A stretch of 55,191 nucleotides of DNA, filler included, from Sphacelaria rigidula (GCA_964200075.2; 6 parts of 6 records of this genome joined end to end with filler, not necessarily neighbours in it); one strand, 5' to 3'; shown: positions 1 to 14,486, numbered from the whole stretch's first letter. Numbers and translations are program-made. Notes: generated by a model not told the origin, from the sequence alone.

Positions 1-207
1 AAGCATGAGAACGTGAGCAAACAAAGTAGTCGACTGGGTTTGTGTGACGTGAGTTGACGCGGTGCGCGAGTGCTGACTCAATTCGCGAGACCAAAATGAA
101 AGGCGTGTACCGGGGGAGAGATGGATCTTGAGACCACGGACTCATCCCGAGGAAGGGGAGAGGTTGGAAGTGTGAGTTGAAAACACACACACACACACAC
201 ACACACA
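1..207 (+). mobile_element. SINE family B, 3' portion with (CA)n tail
   Basis: Reverse complement aligns by eye with 42352-42560, a copy that carries a tRNA-like head. Ends GAGACCACGGACTCATCCCGAGGAAGGGGAGAGGTT followed by (AC)n. Confidence 0.7.
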
Positions 208-3200
208 GCTTCTCAAGTTTTCCCCAAATCAGCGCGACTTGAGCATATCGTTGTGAACTGCAGACTAACCTGGTAACACACGGCACCGTCGCTGCTTGAT
301 TGGCGCAGTTTGGCGATGATGTTTTTGTGCTGCAGTGAGTACCGAGTACGTCTCTTGTCATCGCGTGACAGCGTGTCTGGAAACGTTTCGTTTCACAAAA
401 TGCGGTGGAATTACGAAGCCGTTGCGCCGCATAGGCACACGCACACCTGACATGGCCACGTGAGAGCACATTGGTACCGCTGCAATATGGCATCAAACTC
501 GTCATAAGGTCCATCATGGGAGAGAACCTCCGACCCAACTGTCGTATATCACCGCTTGAGGGAGAAGTACTACTCGTACTTGGAACTGCGCTATGCTCTC
601 CCCCCCCGAAGCAAGACCGTAACCAAAATATCAAATATCGAGACCCTTTGCAACCCAGAGGTACGAGAGATTATGCACGATTACTATGCACAATATTTTT
701 CTTGTCGTGTCGGGATTTGAACTCATGATCTGTGTATTTTGACGTTGTTGTATCAGTTCCACCACGAGGGTCACACAAAAAGTGCGACGCGAAGCCCAAT
801 TTGACGTATTTTTGGGTGAAACTTTACAAGGATGTGGTTGACGCGAGTGCCCGTATGTGCCGGATCGTTGTCATCGTTTTCGTCAATTTTTGAGGAAGTT
901 ATAGCATTTTCCCTGTTTTTGCTGAAACTTCAACTCGCTCTCATTTCCTGGGGGGGGGGGGGGGTTCCCCTGCACCTCCCACAGGGTTGCGCGGATTGAT
1001 GACGAATTTGTCGTGTCAAAATTTCAGCGCCCAACTCTTCGAAATGCCAAAAGCATCTCCACTCTTCGTTCAAAAATCACTGATGGCCGGCCCAGCTCGT
1101 ACCGCAGAAAAGTCTCGGCAGCGGGCATTTCTATCGCAGCACAACTGGAGAGATAGAGGTGGGGAAGGGCACACGGCAATGCATGTATGTACCAGTAGCA
1201 GCTCGGTTTGAGATCGCTTCACTATACAGAAGCACACAACTCAAGTTTCGCAAACTCTGCCCTTCAGCTGAGAGGAGTCGGTCGCAACCATTCTGCAACG
1301 GTTCGCCAACTCTGGTATTGTGTTGTGCTTCCCACCACTGTACTGTGCAACACGTGTTTTTTACAGAAATATCATTCCCGCAGCCTCACCTCTGACTGCT
1401 CTTTCCCCCCACCGTAGAGCACTCGGCGCTCGACATCACTCCTGTGCGGCTGCTACTGCTGATAGCACGCCCGTTACGACGTTCAACGATAGCTGTGTCC
1501 TCCGCGGGACCGGCACCGCTGCCCACGGTACCCGGTGTCGCGCCTCCCATCATGATGGCTCGAGTACGTCGTCGACCAATATTCGGCATGTCGCTTGACC
1601 ACCCTCCCGCTGCAGTTATGCACCCCCAACATCGATGGCCTTTTGAAGTAAGAGTGACATCAGCTGCCCCCACAGACAGCCTCGGCCAATGATGGAGGGA
1701 AGGAGTAGAAGACACGATAGAGGTGGATAGAACACCTCGTGATGTTGATGATGTTGGTTGAGAGGTAGCAAGAGAGACGAAGGAGCATGTTATCTCCCGT
1801 GTAGTTGTGGCACTACTGACAATAGCAACGGCGGGTATGACTACTGCTACAACAAATTTTGGAGGGCGACGTCTCCTCCTGCTTCTCAGGTGTGGCATAC
1901 TGTGCCCTTCTCCTCGCCCACTCATGTTGCTCAGGACACGCACCTGTACCAAAAACAAACGGGACTGAAGCGAGCAGTGCTCACACTAGACTTTTTCAGT
2001 CCCGTTGGTAGATATATTTCGGGTTCCTGCATACTGTGTCCAAGGAGGCTAAACGGGCAAAATCTGTTCGACACTTCCACTTGAAATACTTAGGCCCGAG
2101 AGAAGGGTAATCTGACCATAAAAGAAATCAGCAGTACACTTCAAGGACAGACAAGGAGCGAAGTGCTTTTTGCGCAGGGTGATTGGACTTTTAGTCATAT
2201 TCCGATCAAAAGCGCCTACCGATTATTTTCCATTTCATCGCTAGGACCTCTTTTTCACCTTGTTCTCACCTGCCCCCGACGAATGGAACCCCCTGCCGTG
2301 AGCTGCGGGAGCTAGAGACACAGTGATTGTGAGCTGTGTGATAGCTTATCCAAGGCCAAGATATACTGGCCACTTTTGAGTGGCAAAAGATTTGTGTGTC
2401 GAAAGTCTGAAGTAAATTTTTGCACCAACGATTTCGTTGTTCTGTTTTGTGTCGCTCCGCAGCTGTGAGGGAGAGGGGGTGTTGGTGGGAGCTTTGACCA
2501 TGACCGAGGCAACCGATGTGAGTGCGCATGAATATGCACGGAAGATGGAGGGGGTTTTCGGTGGATGTGTATACTTGGAAGCGTTTCCCCGTCCGTCTCA
2601 CATGCATTGCCAGTTCCGGTGTTGCGTCACATCGATCCTAGAGTGCGGATGGCCTGAGAGGATGTCGTGTGTCAGATGATTTGTATTGTGTGGTCTCTCT
2701 CCTGGTCGAAAGGTCCGTGCTGACGTGATTTTTCCATATACTGTTGTAGTGAGCGTCTTGACCAGCGGAATTGATCTCCCAAAACATAGTGCAAGCCCGT
2801 AGTATTAACCAATCGTCCAGCTCGAGGCATGCACGCAGCTTTTTTATTGATAGCATGAACTCGGTCCCCTGGTACATTCATGAGCAGAGCAATCGAGGCT
2901 GGTTCATCTCACTTCGGCCCCCAAAATCCAAAATCCGATCGAACACCTGCGTGCACACATTATTTTATTTTCTAACGGTGAGGGTAACCCTACACTGACC
3001 TCAATCCCGGGCAGACCGAGCACCCTCTGGCAACGAGGGTACACGAGGTGCCATAGGCAGAGTGTCGTTTGTTAAATCTTTAATCGCACCTGGGGGTGCC
3101 GATCTCCGTCAAAGCGCATACTACCCACGCTGGGCGAGCGTAGCGACTGTTGGTCCTCTCATGACCCGAACGCGATGATCTGCACCTGACACCAAGTATA

Positions 3201-3759
3201 TATATTCAACCATCGTATTTTGGTCCGGCACTCGCGTGAACTCTTCCTCTGCTAAATAAATCTGGGGGAACAATGGACCGGCTCCCGCCGGCTGCAACCT
3301 CAACGTCTGGTAGGTTACGGCAGTGGTGTTTGGAGCCGTCCGCCGACAAAGATAGCCAATTTCATGGCGCGTATCAGGGTAGTGACTAGAGTTGTCTGTA
3401 TACATGCCTGCACTTGATCAACCTTTGTCCCATGTGCTGTTATTGTAAAGTGAGTGATACCAAGGGCGTGTTTTCGAAAAAAATGGACCAACTAAGAAAA
3501 GCGTAGGAATTGATGCAGTGCTATTTCGCCCGACTTGCGCGGATTACGCCGGAGCAAATTTGCTCGTGCACAGCACAAAAATGCGGGAGATGTTGACGAC
3601 CAACGGCGAGTAGCACATTCCGCCTCAGAGTTATTCATATGGTCATGGCAAGATACACTGCGCTAAATACCGTGCCCGATGATACCCCAGGCCAAAATTC
3701 TCGATCAGCGTATCGACCAGTGCTTGGTTTTGTGTCGATTGTTCCAGTCCTCAGCCAAA

Positions 3760-4030
3760 AGAAGTACGGTTCGGACGAATCATCGCCGGTTCAAATCACC
3801 AAATCTATGATTTTTGAGGCCTGGTTGCTCGAAAAAGAGACTCAGAAGTTTACCACTGGTCAAAAACGTTTCGACGCAATTCTTGCGCCAGTCCACGTGT
3901 CAGGGCTGCGCGCACCTGGGTTGCAAAGCTGGTAACAAAGCCTCAGGATGGATTCGGACGGTACGAATCAATCACACTAAAATCAATGAATTTTCAGACG
4001 AATAATCAATTCGCCCGACCCTTGAAAATA
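3760..4030 (+). repeat. Dispersed repeat family C (probable non-autonomous DNA transposon part)
   Basis: Core GGTACGAATCAAT...TTTTCAGACGA...CCGACCCTTGAAA recurs at about 5960-6160 (+), 39200-39440 (+) and 43015-43290 (-). Confidence 0.7.
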
Positions 4031-5959
4031 AGTGAAATAAAATATATCTGTATGCTCCCCCCACCATATTTGTGAAAGCCCGCACTTGGCCCACATACAA
4101 GAATCATTGTACCTTTGAACAGACCCTTTGCTTGTTGATTGGTCGATTGGTCGACCGTGGGTAGCGTGATCACCGTGGAACTTGGTGCACTGGTCAGTCA
4201 CGATTCAGATAACATGTGCATCAGCCGGCAGCACGTTCGGGCGTGCAGGCAAGTTGGACATGAGGCGATTATTTGGATTCTCGGCAATACGGATAATACG
4301 CCCTCAAAACAACTCTCTCACAGCCCAGAGCTCGCATAACGTAAGTGACCGCATTTCTTGACACGCTTGTGCACTCACTTTCACATCATGAGCACCTCGG
4401 GGGGTGCTACGCTCTGATAGATCTGTACCGGGATGCCCTCTGAATGATGACAATCTGTACAAAGCCATCCCTACATCGCGTGTAGGGGTGCCGGGTTCGG
4501 GAGGCACAGTCGTACGCACCCTGTCGGTGTCCCAATGCGCTGACATTTCGGTCATATGCCATGTAAACCGTAGTCAACAAGCTCATCTTCCCTTACCTGG
4601 GGTGGTACCTTGTACAATTGCGCGAAGAGGTGAAAAGAGGCCAGATCCTGTTTCAAAACATTTTATTTTTTTTGGCGCAGGACTGCGTTCACGAGCTGAA
4701 GCAACGTTGTCTGCTCTTGGAAACGAAGCGTCGCTTCCAACCGACGTTTTACTCGGAAAAGTCGTGAAAAACGTTAACGCAGATGGCTGCTACTTGCCCA
4801 ACATCCCACCAGTACCAGTGAAAAAAGTGGCTTGAACTCATTCGACTATGGCTACCTCTAGGGATCCCAAGCGTCGAGCGCAGAGCCTGGGCGCCGGGGC
4901 ATGCGTTGAAGTGCTGAGCACACATTTCCGACGGAAGCACATAGCAACCGCGGAACTCTTCTTGTCCGATTGATACGTGCACGACAAGTTTTTGCGCCGC
5001 ATTCTCGCTCGAGAAGGCTACAAATGTTCCAGGACCATTTTGGTAGCAAGTGCAGAAACTAGGAAAATTAAGTAAAGCAACTAGGAACATGAATGACGTG
5101 GACCTATCAGATCGGAACTACTCAATTTCCCCCGCTTGTTATCGCTAGCCAAAAAAAAACCCGATAAAAAACACCTCAAATCTCCGGATCTGCCGGGCAA
5201 TCGAAAGTTGCCAACCGGGCGTTCGTACTGCATTTTGGCAGGGCCTCGTGTTCCACCGGAACCAAAACTGAATACCGCGTGTTCTGATTTTAAAAAATAC
5301 TCCTTAAAACTTGGCAGGTGGAGCAGGTGGAGTCTCTCCGCAAAGAGCTGGAATCGGTGAGGGACAGGGCGAAGAAATATGTACAAAGAAATTCTGAGGT
5401 ATGAACCCGTGAAGTTTTCGCTTGTTTCAAGAAATTCACCAAGGTCGTGTTGGGTTAGGGTAAAGTACCCGGGTATTCTCCCTCCCGGATGATGGCTTGC
5501 GATGGTCCGATTTTCAATTTTTACCCAAATATTGAGGGAAGTTTGGTGCGATTCCATTTCTCTGCCCAGATTTTGGGTTCTTGAGTACGATTTTCGAATA
5601 CCCAAATGTGCGAAATGCCCTCACCAACGCACCCTTGAAATCACCCATATAGTCGTCATCTCTCGCCCCTGTACTATTTTTGTGGATAATTTCCTCATCT
5701 CCGACATTTTCAGGCTGCCACCACTGCCGACTGACTTTGTGGGTAATTCCCTCTCTGTTGAGAGTCGTACCACCGTAGGGGTGCGTGCACAAATATTCTC
5801 TTGGCCGGCACACGGGAGTTGGATGTAGACTCTCGCGCACTCGCACTGGTGCAGGTAGGACTGGGTTGCGTCTGAGCGTCAGGCGATCGTCTCACAGGCC
5901 AACATAGCAAAATGTGAGGGAAAAAAAGTCGTTGTCAAGTTGCACAACGTGAAAATTCA

Positions 5960-6160
5960 TCATGGTTGGGACGAATCATCACGACTACTGATCACCGAAT
6001 CCACGATTTCTTCGGCCTGATTGCCCAAAAGGGAGAAAAAAGTTGATCGCTGGTCCAAGGGGTATCCACGCAACTTTTGCGCCATTCGTACGAGTCGAAT
6101 CAATTATACTAAAACCAAGTAATTTTCAGACGACTCATTATTTGTCCGACCCTTGAAATA
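5960..6160 (+). repeat. Dispersed repeat family C, internally deleted copy
   Basis: GGACGAATCATC...CGCAACTTTTGCGCCA...GAATCAATTATACTAAAA...TTTTCAGACGA...CCGACCCTTGAAATA matches 3760-4030. Confidence 0.6.
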
Positions 6161-6609
6161 CATACCTCGGACAAGTTTGTTTTTTTCCACACTCCTACCG
6201 TAGCACGGCTCTGTAACTCTTCGACTCCCAGGGTGAGTCATCTAGTAAGCCGTTATCATCGTCATCTCCACTCGAGAAGCAAACGTGAGATCCGAATGGC
6301 CAACCCCGACGGACAGAGATCGAATACCTGTGTATTGTGGTCATTTTCTAAGTTAGATGAACATGATACCGATTCGACACGTGGGCGCACTTGAGGGGTC
6401 GAAGGGCTGAACCTTTGAACGCCCCCCCTCAATGGTCATTTGAGTGTACAATAGTCATTTTCCGAGTGGACGAAACGCTGATCGCACCGATGGACACGCT
6501 TAGCCGGTCAAGGCGCCTTTACCCTGTTGACGAGGTGCTGAAGTCATTTTGAGTCCGAGCTACTTCTCACCGGTTTTCGTGGCGTCTCTCTTCTCATTTT
6601 TTATTTTGG

Positions 6610-6722
6610 TAATGTGTCTGGCAAGGAATAGCAGGGACGGTATTGGAAAGGCGAGCCTACGTCTGTGACCACGGGTCCGCGAGATCGGACTATTTTGCGG
6701 AAATAATAATAATTACAATATG
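6610..6722 (+). mobile_element. Non-LTR retroposon 3' end with (TAA)n-like tail
   Basis: Near-identical to 18432-18552 (TAATGTGTCTGG.AAGGAAT..CAGGGACGGTATTGGAAAGGCGAGCCTAC...GAGATCGGACTA...AATAATAAT). Simple-repeat tails are typical of LINE/SINE 3' ends. Confidence 0.7.
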
Positions 6723-8654
6723 AATAATTTTGTTCAGTGTCAACGGTCGTGACTTGGCTTCAATGAACGCGTAGCCTCGCAGTCAAGATTCCGGACACCT
6801 CAAATCCATAGTGTTGAAGGTTGCTGTAATCAAACTCCTTTAGCCGTGAAGTTGTCAATTTGGTGCGCATGTGTGCAGCAGTTCCGTAGTTATTACATAT
6901 CTGAATGCCTCATAGTCAACCGCTTGGCCCTGTCTTGGCCCTCCTGTTTGTGCATCCGTTACATTGGTCATCATCCTCATTTTCGATACCCTGCCAACGA
7001 CTACCACGCGTCCAGAACCGGTGCGTTAATCAGATGCAACGATCAGGACCCATACTTACCCTTCATACCTCTGCCTCAATCGAGATACGGAGAATATGTC
7101 TATATAGGGATTTATGTGCGGGGAAAAAGAGGGGTGCGGTTTATTTAATGATCCCAAAAGTGCTGGGAGAAACCAACAGCTGCCGAACCTCCTGTCGAGG
7201 ACATGTTGACGTTCCACCTTCAAGTGTCGTGTGCACATTTAGAAGGACCCTGGTGTGTTATTCCAAGGTCCTGTTGCTCATCATGGGCCGAAGGTCTCAG
7301 TGAGAGCCTGAATTTCCCACATCCGCCGTTATCTCCGCAGTGGGCACGGACTGAGCATATGGAAAATTACGATGTCTATCTGTCAAGTGTTTTTGCCCGT
7401 GCCCAATATATCGGGCCGTTGGTTCTGCACGGCTGTTCGTCGTTTCAGCGTTAAAAGAATGAACGAGGGTGAAAAATACGAGGAAACATTCGGTGCTTAC
7501 TGTAGGCGTTTTTAGTGAAGTACTCCACGCGGGGCGGTAATATAGCCCGAACCTCAACTTTGTCTCACGTTGTCGTGTTGGTGGAGATGTCTTGTGAGAT
7601 CTTTCGGAAAATGACATCTTCTGGGGGTGGGGGGGCTTTTCCCAAGAAAAAATAACTGTATTTCCTGCTCCTACCGTCTGTACAGTCGCGGCAATGCGTA
7701 CCGTACTTTTTTGTTCTCACTTCTAACTCCTCCAGTGCCTCGGGCTGAGTCCGTGGTTTAGAGGGATCATCCCGTCTCTCCCCCGATACGATGTATATAT
7801 TTTACACCTTGCCTGGACAAATATAGTCAATATACGCAATTGTGGGAACCACCACATATAAAGGACTAATTCCTGTCGAGTGTTTGTCAAGGAACCACCT
7901 TTCACAATGGCGACACCATGAGATAGTTCGTACGCTTCACGTACAGAAGGTCCCGGGTTCAAATCCCACATCTCACCAAAATCGTGGATACACTCTGAAG
8001 CAGAGTTCAAAATCCGCGGAAAATCTGCTGCTACGAATGATGGGTGGGGGGCGTCACACATCTGAAAGGTACGTGACGTATGGGGCAAGAGTCTAACCGC
8101 TAACCGGAGAAGAGTGGCTCCTACAAAACGTACAACAGCAGTATGAAAAGGAGCAGCGACGTGGGGTACTACCACATGAAAGGGACATTTCCACAAGTGT
8201 CGGTCACGTCAGCACCTTTTCACAAATAGTTGCAATAGACAAAAATATACTGTGGTAAAGTACAGGCCTATTGCAACTATGGTCAACCACATAAAAGGTA
8301 CATATTCTCACTGTCTGTCAAGGCATCACCTTCTCACAAATAGGTGCAAAAGACAAAAAAAAATACTGTGGTGACGTGTAGTCCTCTTCGGTTTGCTTTG
8401 TACTTACTTACCCTCGCTCTTTTTCATTTATGTTTTCACCAAATTTAAGTCTTTCTCGGGCTCCCTTTGGCGAGTGATTCCGTTTATTTGCCTTTGGTAC
8501 TGCACAACATGCATATATGATGACTGGCAGCGGCTGAAGTCGCAGCGAATCAGGTAAAGTGCGATAATGAAGCAAGCAAGCAGTCATCGCCCGTACGATA
8601 CCTTCTGTACTCTATCGAGGTACGTCGTATATTATCCCCCCTCTCCTTCCACCT

Positions 8655-9116
8655 GTCAGCCTGGTCCGGCGAGAACCCGGCGTGCTCCATTCCGGCTCTG
8701 TAGGGGCGGACCCTCGATGGGGTTGGCGTCGGTTGGCGATGACGCTTTAAAGCACGCCACTTGCGTAAGCTAGGCGACCAGGTTAACGATGTTGTTTTGC
8801 CCGCTTGCGTTTTTTTGTGTGGTAACCATGATGGTGGTCGAGCTAGATCATGTTGTGCGGCGTGAAAGAACTCCAACTCCGCACAACGGAAATGATCGTA
8901 CTACTACGTAGTGTTTACATGGTGAGGCAAGCATCTGCAGTGTGTAAAAGCCGTGGCTGTCTCGGGCAGTGGCGACACCAGAAAATGAAGCAACTCATTG
9001 TAGACTGTAATCCAAATTCAAGATTGTCAGTAGGCTTTGGGCCGAACAATCTTCGCAGAATGCAGCACACCATTCATGCGACTCGCCGAACACACCACGG
9101 CGCTTCGCGCTTGGTG
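8655..9116 (+). repeat. Long-unit tandem/dispersed repeat family D (cut by spacer)
   Basis: Aligns by eye with 37925-38455, e.g. TTCATGCGACTCGCCGA.C...CACGG.GCTTCGCGCTTGGT and GAACCCGGCGTGCTCC.T.CCGGCTCTGTAGG. Confidence 0.75.
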
Positions 9117-9216
9117 NNNNNNNNNNNNNNNNNNNNNNNNNNNNNNNNNNNNNNNNNNNNTTAATTAATTAANNNNNNNNNNNNNNNNNNNNNNNNNNNN
9201 NNNNNNNNNNNNNNNN
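9117..9216. other. Artificial spacer N44-TTAATTAATTAA-N44
   Basis: Stop-in-all-frames linker flanked by Ns. Recurs every 9215 bp. Confidence 0.99.
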
Positions 9217-11269
9217 AGCGCCTGATGTTCGGGTTCAGGCTGCACAAAATGCTTCATATTGGCGACATTGGCTAAAACGAACCCAAGCCTGGGAATTCCC
9301 AGCTTCTCGTTGTGCTCGGCTCTTCCCACTTCGATTTACGTGAAAATTTTGCCTCCCAAAACCATGCACTTTTTCGGGGGGGGCTATCGTAGAAAGTGTC
9401 TCAAGTTCAAATCGCTCAAACAAGAGGTATGCTCAAATACAATAATATACAGATTTCCCATCTTTCCAACATAAGAACAAGACCTGCTTTTGTTTGTACC
9501 ACTCTGTATACTAGAAAAACATCATTAGCCTCCCTGATGTCGACCATCTATCAACTGCCTAGAATAGTTGATATTACCCACATCAGTGAAAACTTGAAAG
9601 CTTGGATCTTTTAATGTCAGAACACGAAAAAATCTCTTTCGCACCTCGTTCACTTCATAGACCCTGGAATACCCAGAGAACATTTATGTACCAGTACACT
9701 CATGTATTTCACAACGACTTGTACTACTTATACCCTATCAGGGAGAAACTCAGAACATAAAAACCAAACTCTGTAAGCACTAAAAATATTGTTACCAAAA
9801 TCAGGGGTTGGTCAGTCCACTCAATTTCGAATTACTGATCTTTGATGCAAATGTCGCTCGTCATCCGGCCCGATAAATTCCCAAAATCGTCAAGCTAATC
9901 GTCCCACTCATGGAATATTTTCTCTTTCACAAAAAATCAATCCCTATATACCAAAGTCCAAGTGCATGCAAAGAAGTCAAATTAGGAGTTACTCTGCATA
10001 AACAGGACTATCATCCCAAATATATCAGGACGGATATTACTCCTTGAAAAAGCGCCACACCCTGGAGAGAAAATAACATAATTACTCCGTATTGAAACGC
10101 CCCCCCCCCCGATTCAATATTACATATTGATTTGCAGGGAGTATTGCTTCCAGGTAGTACATAAAAACGTAACACATCGATGACCCCAGAGTCAATTATC
10201 GTGAGTATCCTGATGCATAGTCAGTCCCACATGTTGAACGGCGGGTGGATAGTCAACTGTCTAGTGACACCCAATACTAAAAACCGTTCAACTCTCTGAA
10301 GTATACTCGAGGTTGAATTACGCCATGCGCTTTCCGCAATTGAAAATGTCCAACCCAAAATCCAGAGCCGGTGGATCACTTTGTCAAAAACGTTTTAGCG
10401 CGGATCGCAAAATATCAAATTCCCTCTCGAAATCCATGACCGACGGATCAAATGTTCAAAATACTCCGCCGTGGATCATCCCATCACATACTGTTTCTCC
10501 GAAAATAATCCGCTGTGGAGAACCCCATCACATGAGTTTTCTTCGTTTTTAATTACCCGAAAAGAGAATTATGAAAGCAAACAGTCACCCCCCCCCCATT
10601 ATTTTCTTTCTCGGTAATTCCAAAACAATCAACGCAATCATGTGAAGGATCAAGTTTTGAAAATCATAACCAAACTACGGTAGTACTTCGTACGGCGTAG
10701 GGAACAAAAACTACAACAATCAAACAAAAAATGAAACCACGGTACGTTCCATATGGTTGGCATGTCGCGTTGCTGCGAACAACGAGACGAAAATATTCCG
10801 AATCAAATCCAAGCTCCCAAAGAAATCAAATGATAAAAACCTCAATCCCGAAGCGTGTTTGGTTCCTGCCCTGGCTCCTGCCAAGTCCCCCAAGCGGTTG
10901 TGTTGTCGTCGCCCAGACCGCGGTCGCTGTTTTCGGTTTGGCTTTGCGGTGTCGTGGTCCGGGCTCCGTCATTTTTGTGCACATCCGCCTGGGTTCGAAA
11001 GCAGTTGCCTCTCCATAAAAAATTGGCTCGCAGCACCGGGGGGCAGGGCACGCGTGCGGGAAGAAATAGTCGCAGAAATAAGTCGTCCGTTGTATTTCAT
11101 GCAAAAAATGCGAAAAATATTCGAAATCACCGTACATCCATTACATCAAAGATGAAATTCCTCCCCTACAAACTCATGCGTTTTTCCTCGCAACGCAACA
11201 AAAAACATTTTTTGTCAAAAACATTTCACAGTATCATGCCGTGGGTACACAAAAACTGCCCTAACGGTC

Positions 11270-11490
11270 AACGAGCGGACCCCCAGCAGGGCAAGGGACT
11301 GCGGTTAACTTCCCTCGCGAAAAACATATGCACGCAAGTATTCCAGGAGGTGGAGTACCAAAGAAAAACAAGGAACAAGAGCAAATCCTGTGTTGATTCT
11401 CCTCCTGTCAGACTCTGGCTGGTACGCCCACATATACCGAAAGGTGTATACTGGCACCCAGAATGGATGGAACGACAACTCACACACGCA
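11270..11490 (+). mobile_element. SINE family A, 3' portion
   Basis: CTCCTGT...GGCTGGT.CGCCC.CATATACCGAAAGGTGT...GGATG.AAC..CACACAC matches the 3' end of 45457-45796. Confidence 0.65.
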
Positions 11491-14486
11491 GTAGTACTGT
11501 ATTTTGCTGGCTCACCAGAACTAAATCAATTCAACTGCATTCAATGTAGGTAACACAAGTTCGTCAAGCTATACTATACTGTGGATCAATGATTTTGATG
11601 CACTGGGGGGGGGGGGTAGGTGAGCATGCTCAAAAAACAATCTGCAGAAACGAAGATCAAATAGCAATTGGTTCGCATTTGCCCGCAGCATGAGAAACGT
11701 GAACGTACCAACATTGCTTTACATGATGCTCCGATTATACGCCAATACACAGCAGACTGTAATGCAGTACAGTCTACAAGCAGTCATCAGCCTGGAGTAC
11801 AGCACACAGAATCAGTTGACATGAGATAATTCTACGTGGAATCATTAATAACTATACTTCGCGATTCCGTTTCTGTTTGCAATCGGCGTGCTCAACGTGT
11901 TTGATCAGCGTCCAATGTCCGAAAACATAAAATCAACCGCATCTCATATCACGAGCCCATCTGATCTTGCCCTCCTGTACTGTACATCGCGGTCAGTCGA
12001 AGACTTTCAATCCATGCAGTTTGGAACACAAGTGGTTGTGCACACAAGGCAATATGTCTGTATAACGCAACATCTCTCGTCGAAGTCATCTCGAGTCAAA
12101 AATGTAAGTTCAACTACCGTAGATGACGGAATATAACACCCCCTTCTACAGTCAAGGGGATCATACCATGGGGCAGTGGAGAAGGGAAAAAGACAAAGTC
12201 TCAAACAGATAAGAACCAAAGTAGGGCATACATAAAACACTCCAAAATCACACTTGCGCCCCGTCTCATTACAAAGCGATCAGGGCGTGATGCTGAATGG
12301 AAAAGCAAAGAAGCACGAGTCGAAGAGTTTTGAAAAACTCGATCTCGATCCAAACAAAAATCATTACTCATGTAGTAGAAACATGACACCAACTACTGTA
12401 TGAACTAACCAATTACGGTAGATGACGGAATATAACACGCCTACACGACGAAATATGAAATCACATCCATACCCTCGGGGCATACATGAGTGAAAGATAC
12501 TGCATAGATGGGCAGGGCATAACAGTGATCGAAAAAACAGGGGATAAAAGGGAAGGGCAATGTATTGCCAACAAAAAACAATCCGACTGTACGCCTGCAA
12601 CATGAATCTTGATATGGTACACGTGACGAGATGTCCACTTAGTGTGGCGTTGTATACCACCCCCAGTTCAACAGAAGAACAAGGACATATGTCACTCTGG
12701 AAAGCAAGAAAATACGCAAACCAACTCGCAAACTAGAAAAGAATGACTACTTACCGATTACAAACATTCTTGAAGTCATCCTGTTCTTCGATCCTGGTGG
12801 TTCTATCAAGATTCGATGTTCAATCGAAGGCAAAAGAATCAAAAGGGAAAACGTGCCTTCTTCAGCACTGCGGCTCGTGTTGAAGCAGAAGCTGGGAAGC
12901 TGATGACGCTGTAGTCTTGGACGTGGCTTGTTCATTGGCGTTCGGATGCTAGAGCTCGTGACGCGCGTGTCGAGGGATATTACCGCTGCCGATCTTCGGT
13001 ACCGTGTACTGCTCCGGTTAGCTCAAAAATACCAAATGAAGATGAATACATGCCTTCGGGACTCCTCCGCCCATCTGGGATAACAGCCGAGAAGCTGTGA
13101 TTTTGTTGTCCTTGATATAGCTGCTCACTAGCGTTTGGATGCTAGAACTGGTGACGCGCGTGCCGGGGGGTGTTTCCGCTGCCGGTCTTGGGTACACCGT
13201 ACTGCCCAGTTAGCTCTTGTGGTGCTGCGATGCTGTCCGTTGATGTTGTTGTCCTTCTTGTTGTCTGCGGCCTATGCGCGTTTCGATGCCTTGTGGTTGA
13301 AAATCCCGTTTTAACTCTCCTTTGTAATACCGTAGAGATATTTTGTATCATCTTCGACGGTTTGAGGAAACCTTGAGGTTGCCTGAGCGAAGCGTAGCCT
13401 GATCTAAGCCTACGACGTGTAAATCCCTAGCAGTCCGTACATGAGCCCTGACCCAGGGCATGCTAGCATAATAGAAAGCCTCATGCCCCGGGTGCATTGT
13501 CGCGGGAAGTTGTAGGCCTGCCATGGCCAGTTGAGACCAGGTATCAGTTACGTAATTAATTCACTTTCGTATTTCCCCACTCACACATAACACACACACA
13601 CCGAAAACACAGCTCTCACGTACTGAATAAAGTGGTGGCGGGAAATCGTTCATACAAAATCACATGTCATGATCCCGTATTTTCGGCACACGAAAAGGTG
13701 TGTGCCCCCAGTAGGTTTGTACTGCAAGCACTAGATCGGGTATACCTTAATCAACAGAACTGTATCTCTTATTCGCATTTCCCCTGTGCGCCATGATCCA
13801 GTCTTGATATCCGATCCTGGAGCGTAAGTATAATCGATTACACTGCACTGGTTATCAGATTCGTCAGATTCACGAGAAATTCATCGCAATATGACTTGTG
13901 ATATCTGATCAACCTATGCGGTCGTGGGACACATTCCGTACAGTTGTCTGTGCTGTTGAAACGTACAGGTTTCCCTGTGGAGAAATTGACACTTGTACCC
14001 GCATCACCCGGGGTGGGGGTGTACATTTGGGTGGGAAAATGAATCAAACGCAGAATGAAGATGATGAGCAGAGACGGAAGGGTGATGTGCTGTACCGTCA
14101 TGTCGCTGAACGAGCGATGCTACTATACTGTCTACACTGTAGGGCGACAAGCAATTCAAGGCGCTTGTACCCACACTGTTTTGGGACAGTACCATGTCTA
14201 GTGGTGTTACTGGATACTACACATTCCATGTTTGTTCACTGTGTCCCCACCTACCGGTGTGACCACTGCATGCGCAGAAGTACGGTTCGGGGAAGAAATT
14301 GGATACTGCGTGTTCTCAGGAAACAGAGTCGTGAGGATAACAATTCCGGGAAGAAATTGGATGTTGCGTGTTCTTATGGGACAGACTCGTAAAATAAATA
14401 ATCATCGACTTCCGCGTGGTATAAAATAGTTTCTTCTCTCGCAGAAATTCCCTCCAGCTCATCTTGAAAAGAGTGCTCTTCTGTGA

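Noticed and set aside
1386-1958. 190-aa minus-strand ORF
   Set aside because: Ser/Thr/Arg-rich composition typical of antisense frames in GC-rich decayed repeats; no motif found.
9161-9172. TTAATTAATTAA recurring at a fixed period as a biological motif
   Set aside because: Synthetic linker embedded in Ns.
10855-11553. 232-aa ORF
   Set aside because: Runs through a SINE copy and AT-rich repeat DNA; no protein-like features.
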